A stretch of 64,000 bases of DNA from an uncultured Methylomirabilota bacterium (GTDB taxonomy: Bacteria > Methylomirabilota > Methylomirabilia > Methylomirabilales > 2-02-FULL-66-22): contig OY970067.1 in the NCBI GenBank assembly GCA_963705305.1, forward strand, positions 512,001-576,000, in the 5' to 3' direction. The position numbers and the translations under genes were made by a program. This document shows positions 1-8,654 of this stretch, in pieces (position 1 is the stretch's first letter; the number at the start of each line of letters is the position of its first letter). The notes below the pieces were generated by a model. The model had not been told where the DNA came from. It saw only the letters and a list, made by a program, of their open reading frames with translations, and did no database searches.

Positions 1-6
1 TTCCGA

Positions 7-35
7 TTGACACCGCCCAAGACCTTCGATACAGT
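7..35 (+). promoter_or_regulatory. sigma70-type promoter (TTGACA-17nt-TACAGT)
   Basis: Perfect -35 at 7-12, 17-nt spacer, TACAGT at 30-35; a near-copy occurs at 19219-19249. Confidence 0.55.
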
Positions 36-112
36 CCTCTAAACTATCTCCTCGCCTTTGATTCTGCGATTCAGGCAGTATTGGCCAGCAATACATATGA
101 GGGCATATCGAG

Positions 113-292
113 ATGTTTTACCACGCTATCCTGAGCCTGAGTTACGGTCCAGCAAAACACTATTGGTGGAACATGTCTAGAGACCACGTTATTACCGACC
201 TGCTCACCCCCTTCGTGAATGGTCAAATCGTATATGTCAATTACCAGAATGGTCACGCCCTCCTCAATATGAAGGACGCGAACCTGGGCTAA
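113..292 (+). pseudogene. short ORF (MFYHAILSLSYGPAKHYWWNMSRDHVITDLLTPFVNGQIV...), probable 5' remnant of a gene ending beside the transposon end
   Basis: Hand-translated; GAGGG RBS and promoter upstream; stops about 8 nt before the left inverted repeat. Confidence 0.35.
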
Positions 293-380
293 CGACCAGA
301 TCATGAGCAAAAGTCCGTGAGGAAAATGGGTGACACTCCGACACCGAGGTTCCCCGGGGGAACCGAAAGGAGTGTGACCC

Positions 381-2267
381 ATGGAGAGGATCGGCAAGGC
401 AGGAGGGAGGCGGAAGCAGAGCCGGGGGCCGCGGAAGGCAACGCGGCGGGCGGGTGGGGCGCACCCCCACGTCCACCCGTTCGAGGTCCGGCGCAAAGCG
501 GTGCAGCTCTGCCTGGAGGAAGGGTTCCCCCCCAAGCAGGTCGCCCGCGAACTCGGCGTCGGCTTCAGTACGCTCGGGGCGTGGGTGCGCCGGTATCGCG
601 CCGAGGGGGAAGCGGGCCTGCAGGCGAAGCCGACACGGCCGCACCGGCAGCGCCCGAAAGTGGCCCCGGCGGTGAAGGCGGAGGTCGTCGCCCTCAAGCG
701 GCGCCACCCCGAGGCGGGGATCCAGAAGATCAGCCAGTTCCTGCGGCGCGTGCTGTGCCTGCCGGTGAGCCGGGAGACGGTGCGCCGCACCCTGCACGCG
801 CACCAGCTCCTCAAGAAGCCACGCCCCAAACCCCAGCGGAACCCGGCCCGACCGCGCTTCTTCGAGCGCGCCACGCCGAACCAGCTCTGGCAGACCGACA
901 TCTTCACCTTCCGCCTGGGCGGCAAGAACGCTTACCTGATCGGCTTCCTCGACGACCACTCCCGCTACGTGGTGGGGCTGGACGTCTTCCGCAGCCAGAC
1001 GGCGGAGCACGTCCTGGAAGTGTACCGCCGGGCGGTGGCGGAGTACGGGGTCCCCAAGGAGCTGCTCTCCGACCAGGGCCGGCAGTTCTCCAGCTGGCGC
1101 GGGACCACCCGGTTCGAGGCGGAGCTCCGGAAGGATCGGGTGCACCACATCAAGAGCCGCCCGCACCACCCCATGACCCTGGGCAAGCTGGAGCGCTTCT
1201 GGAAGACGATCTGGGAGGAGTTCCTGGCGCGCGCCCAGTTCGAGAGCTTCGAGGCGGCCGGCGAGCGGATCCGGCTCTGGGGGACGCACGACAACCACCG
1301 GCGGCCCCACCAGGCCCTGGAGGGGCTCTGCCCGGCGGATCGCTTCTTCGGCATCGCCCAGGAGCTCCGGCAGGTGATCGAGCGGGGCATCCAGGAGAAC
1401 GTGCTCGAGCTCGCGCTCCGCGGGCAGCCCCAGAGCCCCTTCTACATGGTGGGCCGGCTGGGCGAGCAGTCGGTGGTGATCCGGGCGGAGAAGGGCCGCG
1501 TGAAGATGCTCGTCGATGGCGAGGAATCGCGACCACAGCAGGAGGTGACCTACGACCTGGAAGGAGGGGCCCGTGAGCACGGAAATCCCAGCCAAACCGG
1601 ACCCGCTGCGATACAATGCCCAGCAGCGCGTGCAGGCGGTGCTGTCGCTCTGGACCGAGCGGCGGCGCCCGGGGGAGGTCTGCCAGGAGCTGGCGATCAG
1701 CCCGAAGGTGCTCGCCCAGTGGGAACAGCGGGCGCTAGCAGCGATGCTCCAGGCGCTGGCGGCGCCGACGCGCCGCGACCCGGGCCCCGCGCTGAGCCCG
1801 AAGCTGGAGCGCCTGCTCGCGCGGCAAGCCCTGCAGCAGCAGAGCCGCCTGGCCCGACTGGAGCAGCGGCTCACCAAGCTCCAGGAATCGAAAGCCCCAC
1901 CGCCGCCCACCAAGTAGAGAAGGCCCGCGGGGCGGGAGGACGCGATGCGCGAGCCGACGGCCAGTCCCCACCAGCAAGCCCTGGCCCGGCAACGGGCGCA
2001 GCTGATCATGCAGGCGCGGAGCGGGGTGGTGAGTGCCCAGGAAGCCGCCCGGCAGCTGGGGGTCTCCCGCAAGACGGACTCCAAGTGGGAGCGCCGGGCC
2101 CTGGCGGCGATGGTCGCGGCCCTGGGCAACCGGGGCCAGGGGCGGTCGGCGCAGCCGCACGACCTGGAGAAGGCGGCCCTCCGACGCCAGACCCAGGAGC
2201 TGCAGGCCCAGCTCACCGTCCTGCAGCAGACGGAGCGGCTCCGGCAGGTGCTCGCGCAGCCGGATAA
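381..2267 (+). CDS. IS481/IS3-like DDE transposase (folded part ends ~1570, followed by a low-complexity tail overlapping the next ORFs)
   Basis: N-terminal HTH (KQVARELGVGFSTLGAW); WQTD, LSDQG and GKLERF catalytic triad; HRRPHQAL. Confidence 0.85.
   Translation: MERIGKAGGRRKQSRGPRKATRRAGGAHPHVHPFEVRRKAVQLCLEEGFPPKQVARELGVGFSTLGAWVRRYRAEGEAGLQAKPTRPHRQRPKVAPAVKAEVVALKRRHPEAGIQKISQFLRRVLCLPVSRETVRRTLHAHQLLKKPRPKPQRNPARPRFFERATPNQLWQTDIFTFRLGGKNAYLIGFLDDHSRYVVGLDVFRSQTAEHVLEVYRRAVAEYGVPKELLSDQGRQFSSWRGTTRFEAELRKDRVHHIKSRPHHPMTLGKLERFWKTIWEEFLARAQFESFEAAGERIRLWGTHDNHRRPHQALEGLCPADRFFGIAQELRQVIERGIQENVLELALRGQPQSPFYMVGRLGEQSVVIRAEKGRVKMLVDGEESRPQQEVTYDLEGGAREHGNPSQTGPAAIQCPAARAGGAVALDRAAAPGGGLPGAGDQPEGARPVGTAGASSDAPGAGGADAPRPGPRAEPEAGAPARAASPAAAEPPGPTGAAAHQAPGIESPTAAHQVEKARGAGGRDARADGQSPPASPGPATGAADHAGAERGGECPGSRPAAGGLPQDGLQVGAPGPGGDGRGPGQPGPGAVGAAARPGEGGPPTPDPGAAGPAHRPAADGAAPAGARAAG
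1573..1917 (+). CDS. small transposon accessory protein (HTH + coiled coil)
   Basis: GGAGG RBS before GTG; EVCQELAISPKVLAQWEQRAL HTH-like. Confidence 0.7.
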   Translation: MSTEIPAKPDPLRYNAQQRVQAVLSLWTERRRPGEVCQELAISPKVLAQWEQRALAAMLQALAAPTRRDPGPALSPKLERLLARQALQQQSRLARLEQRLTKLQESKAPPPPTK

Positions 2268-2280
2268 AAAAAACCCCTGA
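1945..2280 (+). CDS. small transposon HTH protein (OrfA-like)
   Basis: GGAGGA RBS; SAQEAARQLGVSRKT..KWE HTH; ends just after an A8 run. Confidence 0.7.
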   Translation: MREPTASPHQQALARQRAQLIMQARSGVVSAQEAARQLGVSRKTDSKWERRALAAMVAALGNRGQGRSAQPHDLEKAALRRQTQELQAQLTVLQQTERLRQVLAQPDKKNP

Positions 2281-2290
2281 GGTGGCCGCG

Positions 2291-3355
2291 ATGCTGATCC
2301 CGACCTTCACCCAGCTGAAGCACGACGTGCGCTGGCCCTACGAGCGCCTCTGCCGGGTCCTGGGGGTGCCCTATAGGACCTTCCGGCGGTGGAAGCAGCG
2401 CCTGGAGCGCGGCCAGCCCGCCCGGCTCCGGCCAGGGCCCAAGAAGGTGGCCCCCCTGACCCTCGAGGAGCTGCGCGGGGAGGTAGCCCGCCTGCACCAC
2501 GGCCGCCGGCGCAGCCGAGGCGTCGGGGCGGTGTACCGGCAGTTCCACCCGCAGGTCTCCCGCCGCACGCTGCAGGCGCTGACCGCGACGCTGCGGCGGC
2601 AGCGGGCCCAGCAGCGCCAGGCCGCCTGCCGCCACATCACCTGGCACGTACCCGGCTTGGTCTGGTCCCTGGACGACGCGGAACTGGCGCGAGGGAGTTC
2701 GCCTCTCCTGCGCCTCCAGCAGGTGCAGGATCTCGCCTCGCGCTACAAGTTCCCCCCCTGGGTGGGGGAGCGGATCTTAGGAGAGACCGTGGCGCTTCGC
2801 CTGGAACAGCTCTTCGTGCAGCATGGCCCGCCGCTCGTGCTCAAGCGGGACAACGGGGGCAATCTCAATCAGCACGCGGTCGAGGAGGTGCTGGCCCGGT
2901 ACGGGGTCCTGCCACTCAACTCGCCCCCGCATTATCCGCCCGACACCGGCGGGATGGAACGCGCGGTGCGGGAACTCAAGACGCCGCTGGTGGCGAAGCT
3001 CCGCGCCAGCGGTCCGATCCCGGAGTCCCAAGTGCAGAGCTGGGCGGCCCTCTTGGCGCATGACCTGAACCATCGCCGCCGTCGCTCTCTCCAGGGGGAC
3101 GTGGCCTGCCGGGTGTTTCAGGATGCCAGGCCAGCCCTGAAGGCGTATACTCGCCGCAAGCGACGGGAGGTCTTCGAGGAGATCAATGCCCTGACCCGGA
3201 CGCTCATGGAGGCCCAGACGGATTGCACCCCCCGTCACGCCGGAACGGCCCGGCGGCTGGCGGTGGAAGCCTGGTTACAAAAACACGGGGTCATAAGCAT
3301 CACTCAGAACCACAGAGTGTTACCCATTTCCCTCAAAGAAATCGCTCATAATTAG
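2291..3355 (+). CDS. second DDE/integrase-core (rve) transposase
   Basis: WSLDD, KRDNGGN, NSPP and GMERAVRE motifs; runs into the right inverted repeat. Confidence 0.8.
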   Translation: MLIPTFTQLKHDVRWPYERLCRVLGVPYRTFRRWKQRLERGQPARLRPGPKKVAPLTLEELRGEVARLHHGRRRSRGVGAVYRQFHPQVSRRTLQALTATLRRQRAQQRQAACRHITWHVPGLVWSLDDAELARGSSPLLRLQQVQDLASRYKFPPWVGERILGETVALRLEQLFVQHGPPLVLKRDNGGNLNQHAVEEVLARYGVLPLNSPPHYPPDTGGMERAVRELKTPLVAKLRASGPIPESQVQSWAALLAHDLNHRRRRSLQGDVACRVFQDARPALKAYTRRKRREVFEEINALTRTLMEAQTDCTPRHAGTARRLAVEAWLQKHGVISITQNHRVLPISLKEIAHN

Positions 3356-3651
3356 GTTGGCCCCACAATCTTAACAAGGCCCGTCCCGTCAGCTATTGGC
3401 TTCAGCGCCGACCAGACAGTTTGCCCATCGTCAGCGTCCGATTTGTCTAAGAGAGAGTCAAGTGTAACATCGTCCAGAAGATAAGCCGTCACATTACACT
3501 GTGGATCGGAATCCACCAATAAGACTTTGTATCCAAGATCGCCAAGGGCGAACGTAAGATTAATCGTTAATGTCGTCTTACCGACACCGCCCTTATGGTT
3601 GTAAACGGTAATTCGCTTGGCGTGGTGGCGGCTCGTCTGATTCGTCTTCAT
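3352..3651 (-). pseudogene. parA: ParA/Soj-family ATPase, 3'-truncated by the transposon
   Basis: ITVYNHKGGVGKTT deviant Walker A and VLLVDSDPQCN; only ~100 aa, ending at the transposon end. Confidence 0.8.
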
Positions 3652-3655
3652 TGGG

Positions 3656-4231
3656 CTAATCTTTTGCCTCTGGGGTGGGCGTCTTTTTTGATGCACGTCG
3701 AGGACGTGCCTTTGCCATAGCAGCTTTCGCCGCCTGGCGGTCAGGCAACGCCTGTACAAAACGTTCGCCTGCCGCGCTCAACTGCTTCTTTCCTTGAGGG
3801 GCTGGCACGAGGTAACCACTCTGCATCGCGTTATTCACAGCGTAAGCCGCGTTAGAAAACTTCATCTGGGCTGCTTCGGTGTTGAGCTTGCTTATGTCGA
3901 CAGTCTCAAAGTGTGGCATGCCTTTATAGTGCGTGAGGTAGTAGCTGAGGCATGCTACCTTCTCGACATCAGACGAGGGTTGCTTATCGAGAAGAAAGTC
4001 TTTGGGGGATATTGACCGATCGGCAGAGAAGCTATCCGGGCCAATAGGGGTGGGTTGCTCGATTGTCGAAAGTCTCAGGGGTGCAGGCGCAGTGAGGGGA
4101 ATGCCTAGGAAGGCAGCAACTGCTGCCAATATTCGCTCTTGATTTGGCCGGTCTAGCTTGCGTAAATATGACAGAATACTGGTAAGAACTTCAAGGTCGT
4201 CTGGGGACATCTGGGCACTGTCTGTCGACAT
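3656..4231 (-). CDS. hypothetical protein, probable winged-helix C-terminal domain, upstream of parA
   Basis: Protein-like ORF with GAGGTG RBS; 4-nt gap to parA. Confidence 0.65.
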   Translation of the reverse strand: MSTDSAQMSPDDLEVLTSILSYLRKLDRPNQERILAAVAAFLGIPLTAPAPLRLSTIEQPTPIGPDSFSADRSISPKDFLLDKQPSSDVEKVACLSYYLTHYKGMPHFETVDISKLNTEAAQMKFSNAAYAVNNAMQSGYLVPAPQGKKQLSAAGERFVQALPDRQAAKAAMAKARPRRASKKTPTPEAKD

Positions 4232-4720
4232 GCTTCTCACCTCAGCCGTAAGACGGCACGTCTGTTTGGGAGGACGCCATGGCAAAAAGAAAGGGAAATT
4301 ATTATGGATTTTCCCCCCACGGACGGTTCGAGGAGAGCCTAAGACGTTCTGGAGCGTACTTCAAGGCACGCGAGAAAGTCAAGGAAGATTCGGTGACCGA
4401 AATTCTTGAATCCACTCCCTCGCGCTGCCGCAACTCCCTGTTGGTAACTCCGGTCGTAATGCGGGACGTTGCCAACTTCGTCAACTTGTGGCGGTAACGA
4501 CAACCCCGCACCCACCACTCCCTCACCCTTCGGGGGCATCGCCCCCCAAGAACACAAGAGCCCTCGGGGATCCGGAGATCCACCGGGGGCCGTCAGGTTC
4601 ACACGCCAGGAGCTTTCCGGTCGGCATCTTCGCCTCCTTCAGGCCGCCTAGCTGGGCATCGAGATTATTCGCGCAAGACCCTACGTCTCATCAGGGGGTC
4701 TAGTCAAGATGAAATGAGCG

Positions 4721-4749
4721 GGGACGGGGGAGAGACTCGAACCCTCATG
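4721..4749 (-). repeat. degenerate tRNA-Leu 3' fragment (att relic)
   Basis: GGGACGGGGGAGAGACTCGAACCCTCATG matches the att copy at 4865-4893 at 25/29 positions. Confidence 0.6.
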
Positions 4750-4862
4750 AATGCGGGCCGTCCTTGAAGTCGCAGAAGAATTGACACAGTTCTAGCACAA
4801 TCGGGCAGTTTCGCAGGTCTGGACAAGACTGGCAGAAAGCAGATAACATATTGAATCTAATG

Positions 4863-4917
4863 TGGTGCCGGGGGAGGGAGTCGAACCCTCATGGGGCAAG
4901 CCCCGCGGGATTTTGAG
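4863..4917 (-). repeat. att site: duplicated 3' part of tRNA-Leu(CAA), including CCA
   Basis: Matches 40101-40155 except one T-loop base and the terminal A; 5 nt from the integrase stop. Confidence 0.95.
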
Positions 4918-4922
4918 GATCG

Positions 4923-5966
4923 TCAACTTCCCACATTTTCCGACACCTTACATTGGTATTGTACCACTCTTGTACCGAATCCTTCCATCCTTTCGAGCTG
5001 CTTCCGCTGATAGTCGGGATGGAGGTGCGCATAGAGCTTTGTCACGGTCGGTGAGGTGTGGCCCATGCAGCGGGCAATCACCTCCAAGTCCACACCCGAC
5101 ATCGCGGCGTAGGAGCCGAAGGTGTGGCGGAGTCTGTGGAAGGTGTAGCGCGGGATGCCGGCCCACTTGCAGCGCCACTGGAGACGGTCCAAGAGCGCGT
5201 GGCGACTGGTCGCCCACCAGAAGACCTTTTCAGGGGCGAAGGTGGCCCTCGGAATCTCCTGAAGTGCCACGCGGGCATTTTTGAGAAGGGGCACGATTCG
5301 CTGCTTCCGCCCCTTGCCCCGCTTGACCAGAACGTACCCGTCGCGCAGATTGACATCCTCCCATTTGAGGCTGATGACTTCCGTGATGCGGAGGCCCGTC
5401 CAGACGGCAAACCGGAAGATGGGCCTGTCGCGCCCCGAGACCTTCAGGAGCTTCTCGAACTCCTCGAACGGGATGAAGGCCGCCGGGTCGTCCTGCTTCA
5501 CCGGGAGGGACGGCCGCTCGACCTCCTTCGCCGGGTTCGCGGCCAGGTACCGGAGCTTCACCGCCCACTTCAGGCAGTCGTGGATGGCGGCCAGGTCCTG
5601 CCGGACCGTGGAGGGCTTGATGCCCGCCTTCAGCCTCGAATCGCGGTACGCCTCAATGACCTCGGCGGTGGGTAGCCGCTCGAACGGCATCAGCTTGAGG
5701 GCTCGCATCACCCGCTCGCGGTAGCTGTCGGTGCGCCAGGGCTTCTTCGCCTCATAGATCTCCTGGAACTCCTTGAACGAGGCGTCGAGCAGGACGCCGT
5801 ACTCCTTGGCGTAGCGCTCGCGGATCACCTTATCGCGGAAGAACTCGGCCTCCTGCTTGGTCCTGAACTGCTTCTGGTGGCGCCGGCCCGTCGGATCGGT
5901 CCAGTCCACACGCCAGGCCGTCCGGCGCTCACCCCTCCATTTCCAGGTGCGTTTCCACAGGTTCAT
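4923..5966 (-). CDS. int: tyrosine recombinase / phage-type integrase
   Basis: TGLRITE, K, HRLRH, MGHT and LYAH catalytic residues; N-terminal arm-binding-like region; adjacent to att. Confidence 0.95.
   Translation of the reverse strand: MNLWKRTWKWRGERRTAWRVDWTDPTGRRHQKQFRTKQEAEFFRDKVIRERYAKEYGVLLDASFKEFQEIYEAKKPWRTDSYRERVMRALKLMPFERLPTAEVIEAYRDSRLKAGIKPSTVRQDLAAIHDCLKWAVKLRYLAANPAKEVERPSLPVKQDDPAAFIPFEEFEKLLKVSGRDRPIFRFAVWTGLRITEVISLKWEDVNLRDGYVLVKRGKGRKQRIVPLLKNARVALQEIPRATFAPEKVFWWATSRHALLDRLQWRCKWAGIPRYTFHRLRHTFGSYAAMSGVDLEVIARCMGHTSPTVTKLYAHLHPDYQRKQLERMEGFGTRVVQYQCKVSENVGS
4959..4980 (+). repeat. putative integrase arm-binding repeats (2 x 11 bp, TTGTACC core)
   Basis: TTGTACCACTC-TTGTACCGAAT; the same motif is tripled at the other island end. 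Confidence 0.7.
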
Positions 5967-6028
5967 GTCGGATCACCTCCTTTCGTCTCGTCTCGCCTTC
6001 CAGTCTGGCTGTCCCTGGCGGACGGTCC

Positions 6029-6463
6029 CTACGATTTGCGCTTCTCGCCTCGCCGGAGGATCGCGAGAAAGGCGGATGGACGGACAACCTGGACCCCTCC
6101 GTACGCCTTCACCGCCAGGAGATCTCTGTCGCCGGATACCACGTACTGCGCCCGCCCCTCGATTGCCGCCGCGAGGAACTTGTCATCGGCAGGATCACGG
6201 CTCACCTTCAGAGTCGTGTCTCCCCGAACGAGGATGCTTTCCTCACCGAGGGCTTCAAGGAGCGAGACGATCTCCTCCTCGGACATCCAGCGGAACTTCT
6301 GAAGCTTCTCATAGAGAAGCACCCGCCCGATCTCTTCCAAGATCGGCGGCGAGAGCACCAACTCGAAAGTGCCGCGCTGCCAGGCCCGGAGGAGGCGACC
6401 TTCGTTACCGCCGCGAATGAGCGTGGCCGAGACGACCACATTGGTATCGAGGACCACCCTCAT
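6029..6463 (-). CDS. PIN-domain (VapC-like) toxin
   Basis: MRVVLDTNVVVSA...DPADDKFL..A....A.YVVSGDRDLL. Confidence 0.92.
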   Translation of the reverse strand: MRVVLDTNVVVSATLIRGGNEGRLLRAWQRGTFELVLSPPILEEIGRVLLYEKLQKFRWMSEEEIVSLLEALGEESILVRGDTTLKVSRDPADDKFLAAAIEGRAQYVVSGDRDLLAVKAYGGVQVVRPSAFLAILRRGEKRKS

Positions 6464-6747
6464 GCTTTGACCGGGGGCGTTGCGCGGCGGGCCGCCGCCA
6501 CGGCCTCGCGGACGAGCCGCCGGATCTCAAGCGACGGGACCCCCCGAGTGCGCGCCTGGACGCGGTCCAGGAGGGCCGCGAGCTGCTCCCGCGTGGCTTG
6601 GCGTCGGACCTCACTCGTGTCGATATACAGGCGCAGGGCTTCCCGAACCAGTTCCGACTTGGTCCGATTCTCCTGCACCGCGACGCGCTCCGCGCTCTTG
6701 AGGAGCTGGGGCGGCACTGAAATTGTCATCAGTTTTCGTAGGGCCAT
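6460..6747 (-). CDS. ribbon-helix-helix (CopG) antitoxin
   Basis: TISVPPQL...RTKSELVREALRLY; 4-nt overlap with the toxin; TTGACA upstream at ~6810. Confidence 0.85.
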   Translation of the reverse strand: MALRKLMTISVPPQLLKSAERVAVQENRTKSELVREALRLYIDTSEVRRQATREQLAALLDRVQARTRGVPSLEIRRLVREAVAAARRATPPVKA

Positions 6748-6920
6748 GCGGTCTCCCCCTCTCTTCTTGTAATACATTGTATGAACATCTTACCGCCGGC
6801 GCATAGGCATGTCAAGAGGGCTCCATGACTTCCTTTCGCTGATTCCGCCTTCGCGAGATTTCGTCATCGGGCTTCAAAGGCGGCTCAGGCCGGAGCCCGA
6901 AGACCCCGGCCTGAGTGGTC

Positions 6921-7154
6921 CTAGCGGAGGAAGGGAGACCTCGTGCCGATCGCGCCGGTCCCGGCCATCTGCCGCTTCACCCAGGCCTCGACATCGGCCA
7001 GGTTGAAGCGGTACCGCCGGCCGATCCGGAGGTACGGCAGGCCTTTGAGCTTTCCGGCCTTGAGGAGTTCCCAAAGGCGGTTGCCCGGCCTGCGACCACT
7101 GGAGGTAATTCCGAGAAACTCCGCCACCTCCGCCAGCCCAACGAGTTGGCCCAT
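6921..7154 (-). CDS. xis: excisionase-like HTH (HTH_17) protein
   Basis: LAEVAEFLGI...LPYLRIGRRYRF...VEAWV; near the integrase. Confidence 0.75.
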   Translation of the reverse strand: MGQLVGLAEVAEFLGITSSGRRPGNRLWELLKAGKLKGLPYLRIGRRYRFNLADVEAWVKRQMAGTGAIGTRSPFLR

Positions 7155-7624
7155 GGCCACCTCCGTCGCCGGAGGCGAACTCAGGGTCAACTGCGGCCCC
7201 GCCGCAGCCATCTCTCGGTGAGCGGTGCCGGCGAGACCAGAGTCAGGGGAGCCGCCGGATATCCGGCGGGTGTCCCCGACTCACATCCCAGATACTACTG
7301 GGGAAGAAGGGAGTCAAGGGAAAAGCGACTGACTTTCAGCGTTCGTCGGGGTTGGTTGGAGTGAATGTCAAACGACGAATGAGAGGCATCTTTGACGGGA
7401 CAGCGACCGAGCACGATTATCCACCTGATCAGATACGCACTACACTTTCTCGTACACCTGAGCGACTGCTTTCAGGAGGTTAGGCTTACCTGAGTGAAAG
7501 GATATGCCTGCAACGGAGAATCGCTCGTTGGCCAGCGAGGACAGCGCCCAGTGGCTTCACCCGACCACACTTGCTCGGACAAACCACCCGAGACACTCCT
7601 AATCTTGGAAACTATGCAGGGTCT

Positions 7625-8641
7625 TCATTCAAATTCTAATCCCCCCAAAAGACGCTGCTGCTTTTCAATCTCATACAAGAGTGCAATGAAGATAGCGTAT
7701 GGGTGAAGGAGAGTAGTCAAGGAAGCTTTAGCCTCGATATCCTCACGAAAATACTTGGCCCGATTCGTGTCGATCGTCAAAATCCCAATGATCCTCCGAT
7801 CAGGATCCAGTCTCGGCTTCCCCCTGATAATGGGGTAGCTGAACATAGACTTAAAGTTCGCCGCTTGCCCCGCGTAAAGCTCCATCCACCGCCTGGTGCT
7901 GGGTGGCTCCTTTTTCATCTCTGCTGGAACGTCCTGGATAACTTCCAACTGTTCCTGTCTGAATGCAAGAATCGCCGTCGCTCTAGGATGATCCTCCTCC
8001 TTAATATATTCAGAACCAGGGCTTGGATACATCGCTGGGGGGTAGTAGAAGTTTGTTCGCTTAAGCACAACGTGTCCGCCAGTCTCCGATACTGGCTCAT
8101 AGAAGGTGCTCTTGAAGTAATTGTGCCTGCTCCTCATCTCTCCTGTTGCAGGTGGGTCAGCCGCGAATGTATCAGATAATTTACCCATCAGTCGCCTGAC
8201 AAGCAAATTGACATCTAGCCCTCGATCAGGAGAAGAGGATAGTTCCGCCTTCGTATCCGTCCGTGCCTCTAAACCGGAGTTTGTAGCATGGACGGCTGCC
8301 AAGCTGTCTTTTATCACATCAACGAGACCGTCCAATGCTCGCGACAGTAACATGTACTCTCGTTGTGCTTCGGCTAATTCGCGTTGAGTCTTCTCATGCT
8401 CATATGCCTGCTTCCAAGTCCTTGCTTCTCCTCTTTGAGCCTTCAGCCCTTCATATAGAACTGGGAGGCCGAATAATAGGAGTACATAGCCTGAGACAAA
8501 CACCGCCCAGACGGGCTTCGAAATATCCTGCTCATGAAAAAGATATTCGCCGGCCACTCCTAGGAAAGTAAAGATTCCAAGTATGAACGCTCGCCCACCT
8601 GCCCTTAGAAGCAGAGTAGATTCCAGACTTATCATTGACAC
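7625..8641 (-). CDS. two-TM + coiled-coil + GAF-like domain protein
   Basis: Two N-terminal hydrophobic helices; C-terminal FKSMFSYPI...IIGILTIDT...YF typical of GAF folds; GGAGG RBS; low GC. Confidence 0.65.
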   Translation of the reverse strand: MSMISLESTLLLRAGGRAFILGIFTFLGVAGEYLFHEQDISKPVWAVFVSGYVLLLFGLPVLYEGLKAQRGEARTWKQAYEHEKTQRELAEAQREYMLLSRALDGLVDVIKDSLAAVHATNSGLEARTDTKAELSSSPDRGLDVNLLVRRLMGKLSDTFAADPPATGEMRSRHNYFKSTFYEPVSETGGHVVLKRTNFYYPPAMYPSPGSEYIKEEDHPRATAILAFRQEQLEVIQDVPAEMKKEPPSTRRWMELYAGQAANFKSMFSYPIIRGKPRLDPDRRIIGILTIDTNRAKYFREDIEAKASLTTLLHPYAIFIALLYEIEKQQRLLGGLEFE

Positions 8642-8654
8642 AACCTCCGTCCAT

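Larger units (their letters stand above)
300..3352 (+). mobile_element. four-ORF transposon/IS with two DDE (rve) genes and imperfect terminal inverted repeats
   Basis: Left end ATCATGAGCAAAAGTCCGTGAGGAAAATGGGTGACACTC; reverse complement of right end ATTATGAGCGATTTCTTTGAGGGAAATGGGTAACACTC; sharp GC rise inside; no matching target duplication. Confidence 0.8.

Noticed and set aside
264..2216. 650-aa minus-strand ORF and similar long overlapping ORFs (e.g. 14331-15977, 40792-42696, 54375-55850, 57885-59387)
   Set aside because: Antisense or alternate-frame shadows of real genes in high-GC DNA; no motifs
4279..4703. Short ORFs or ncRNA between the wHTH gene and the att relic
   Set aside because: Small hairpins are present, but no recognisable RNA family or protein motif
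4863..4917. Functional second tRNA-Leu
   Set aside because: Lacks the 5' acceptor strand and D arm; it is the att duplication
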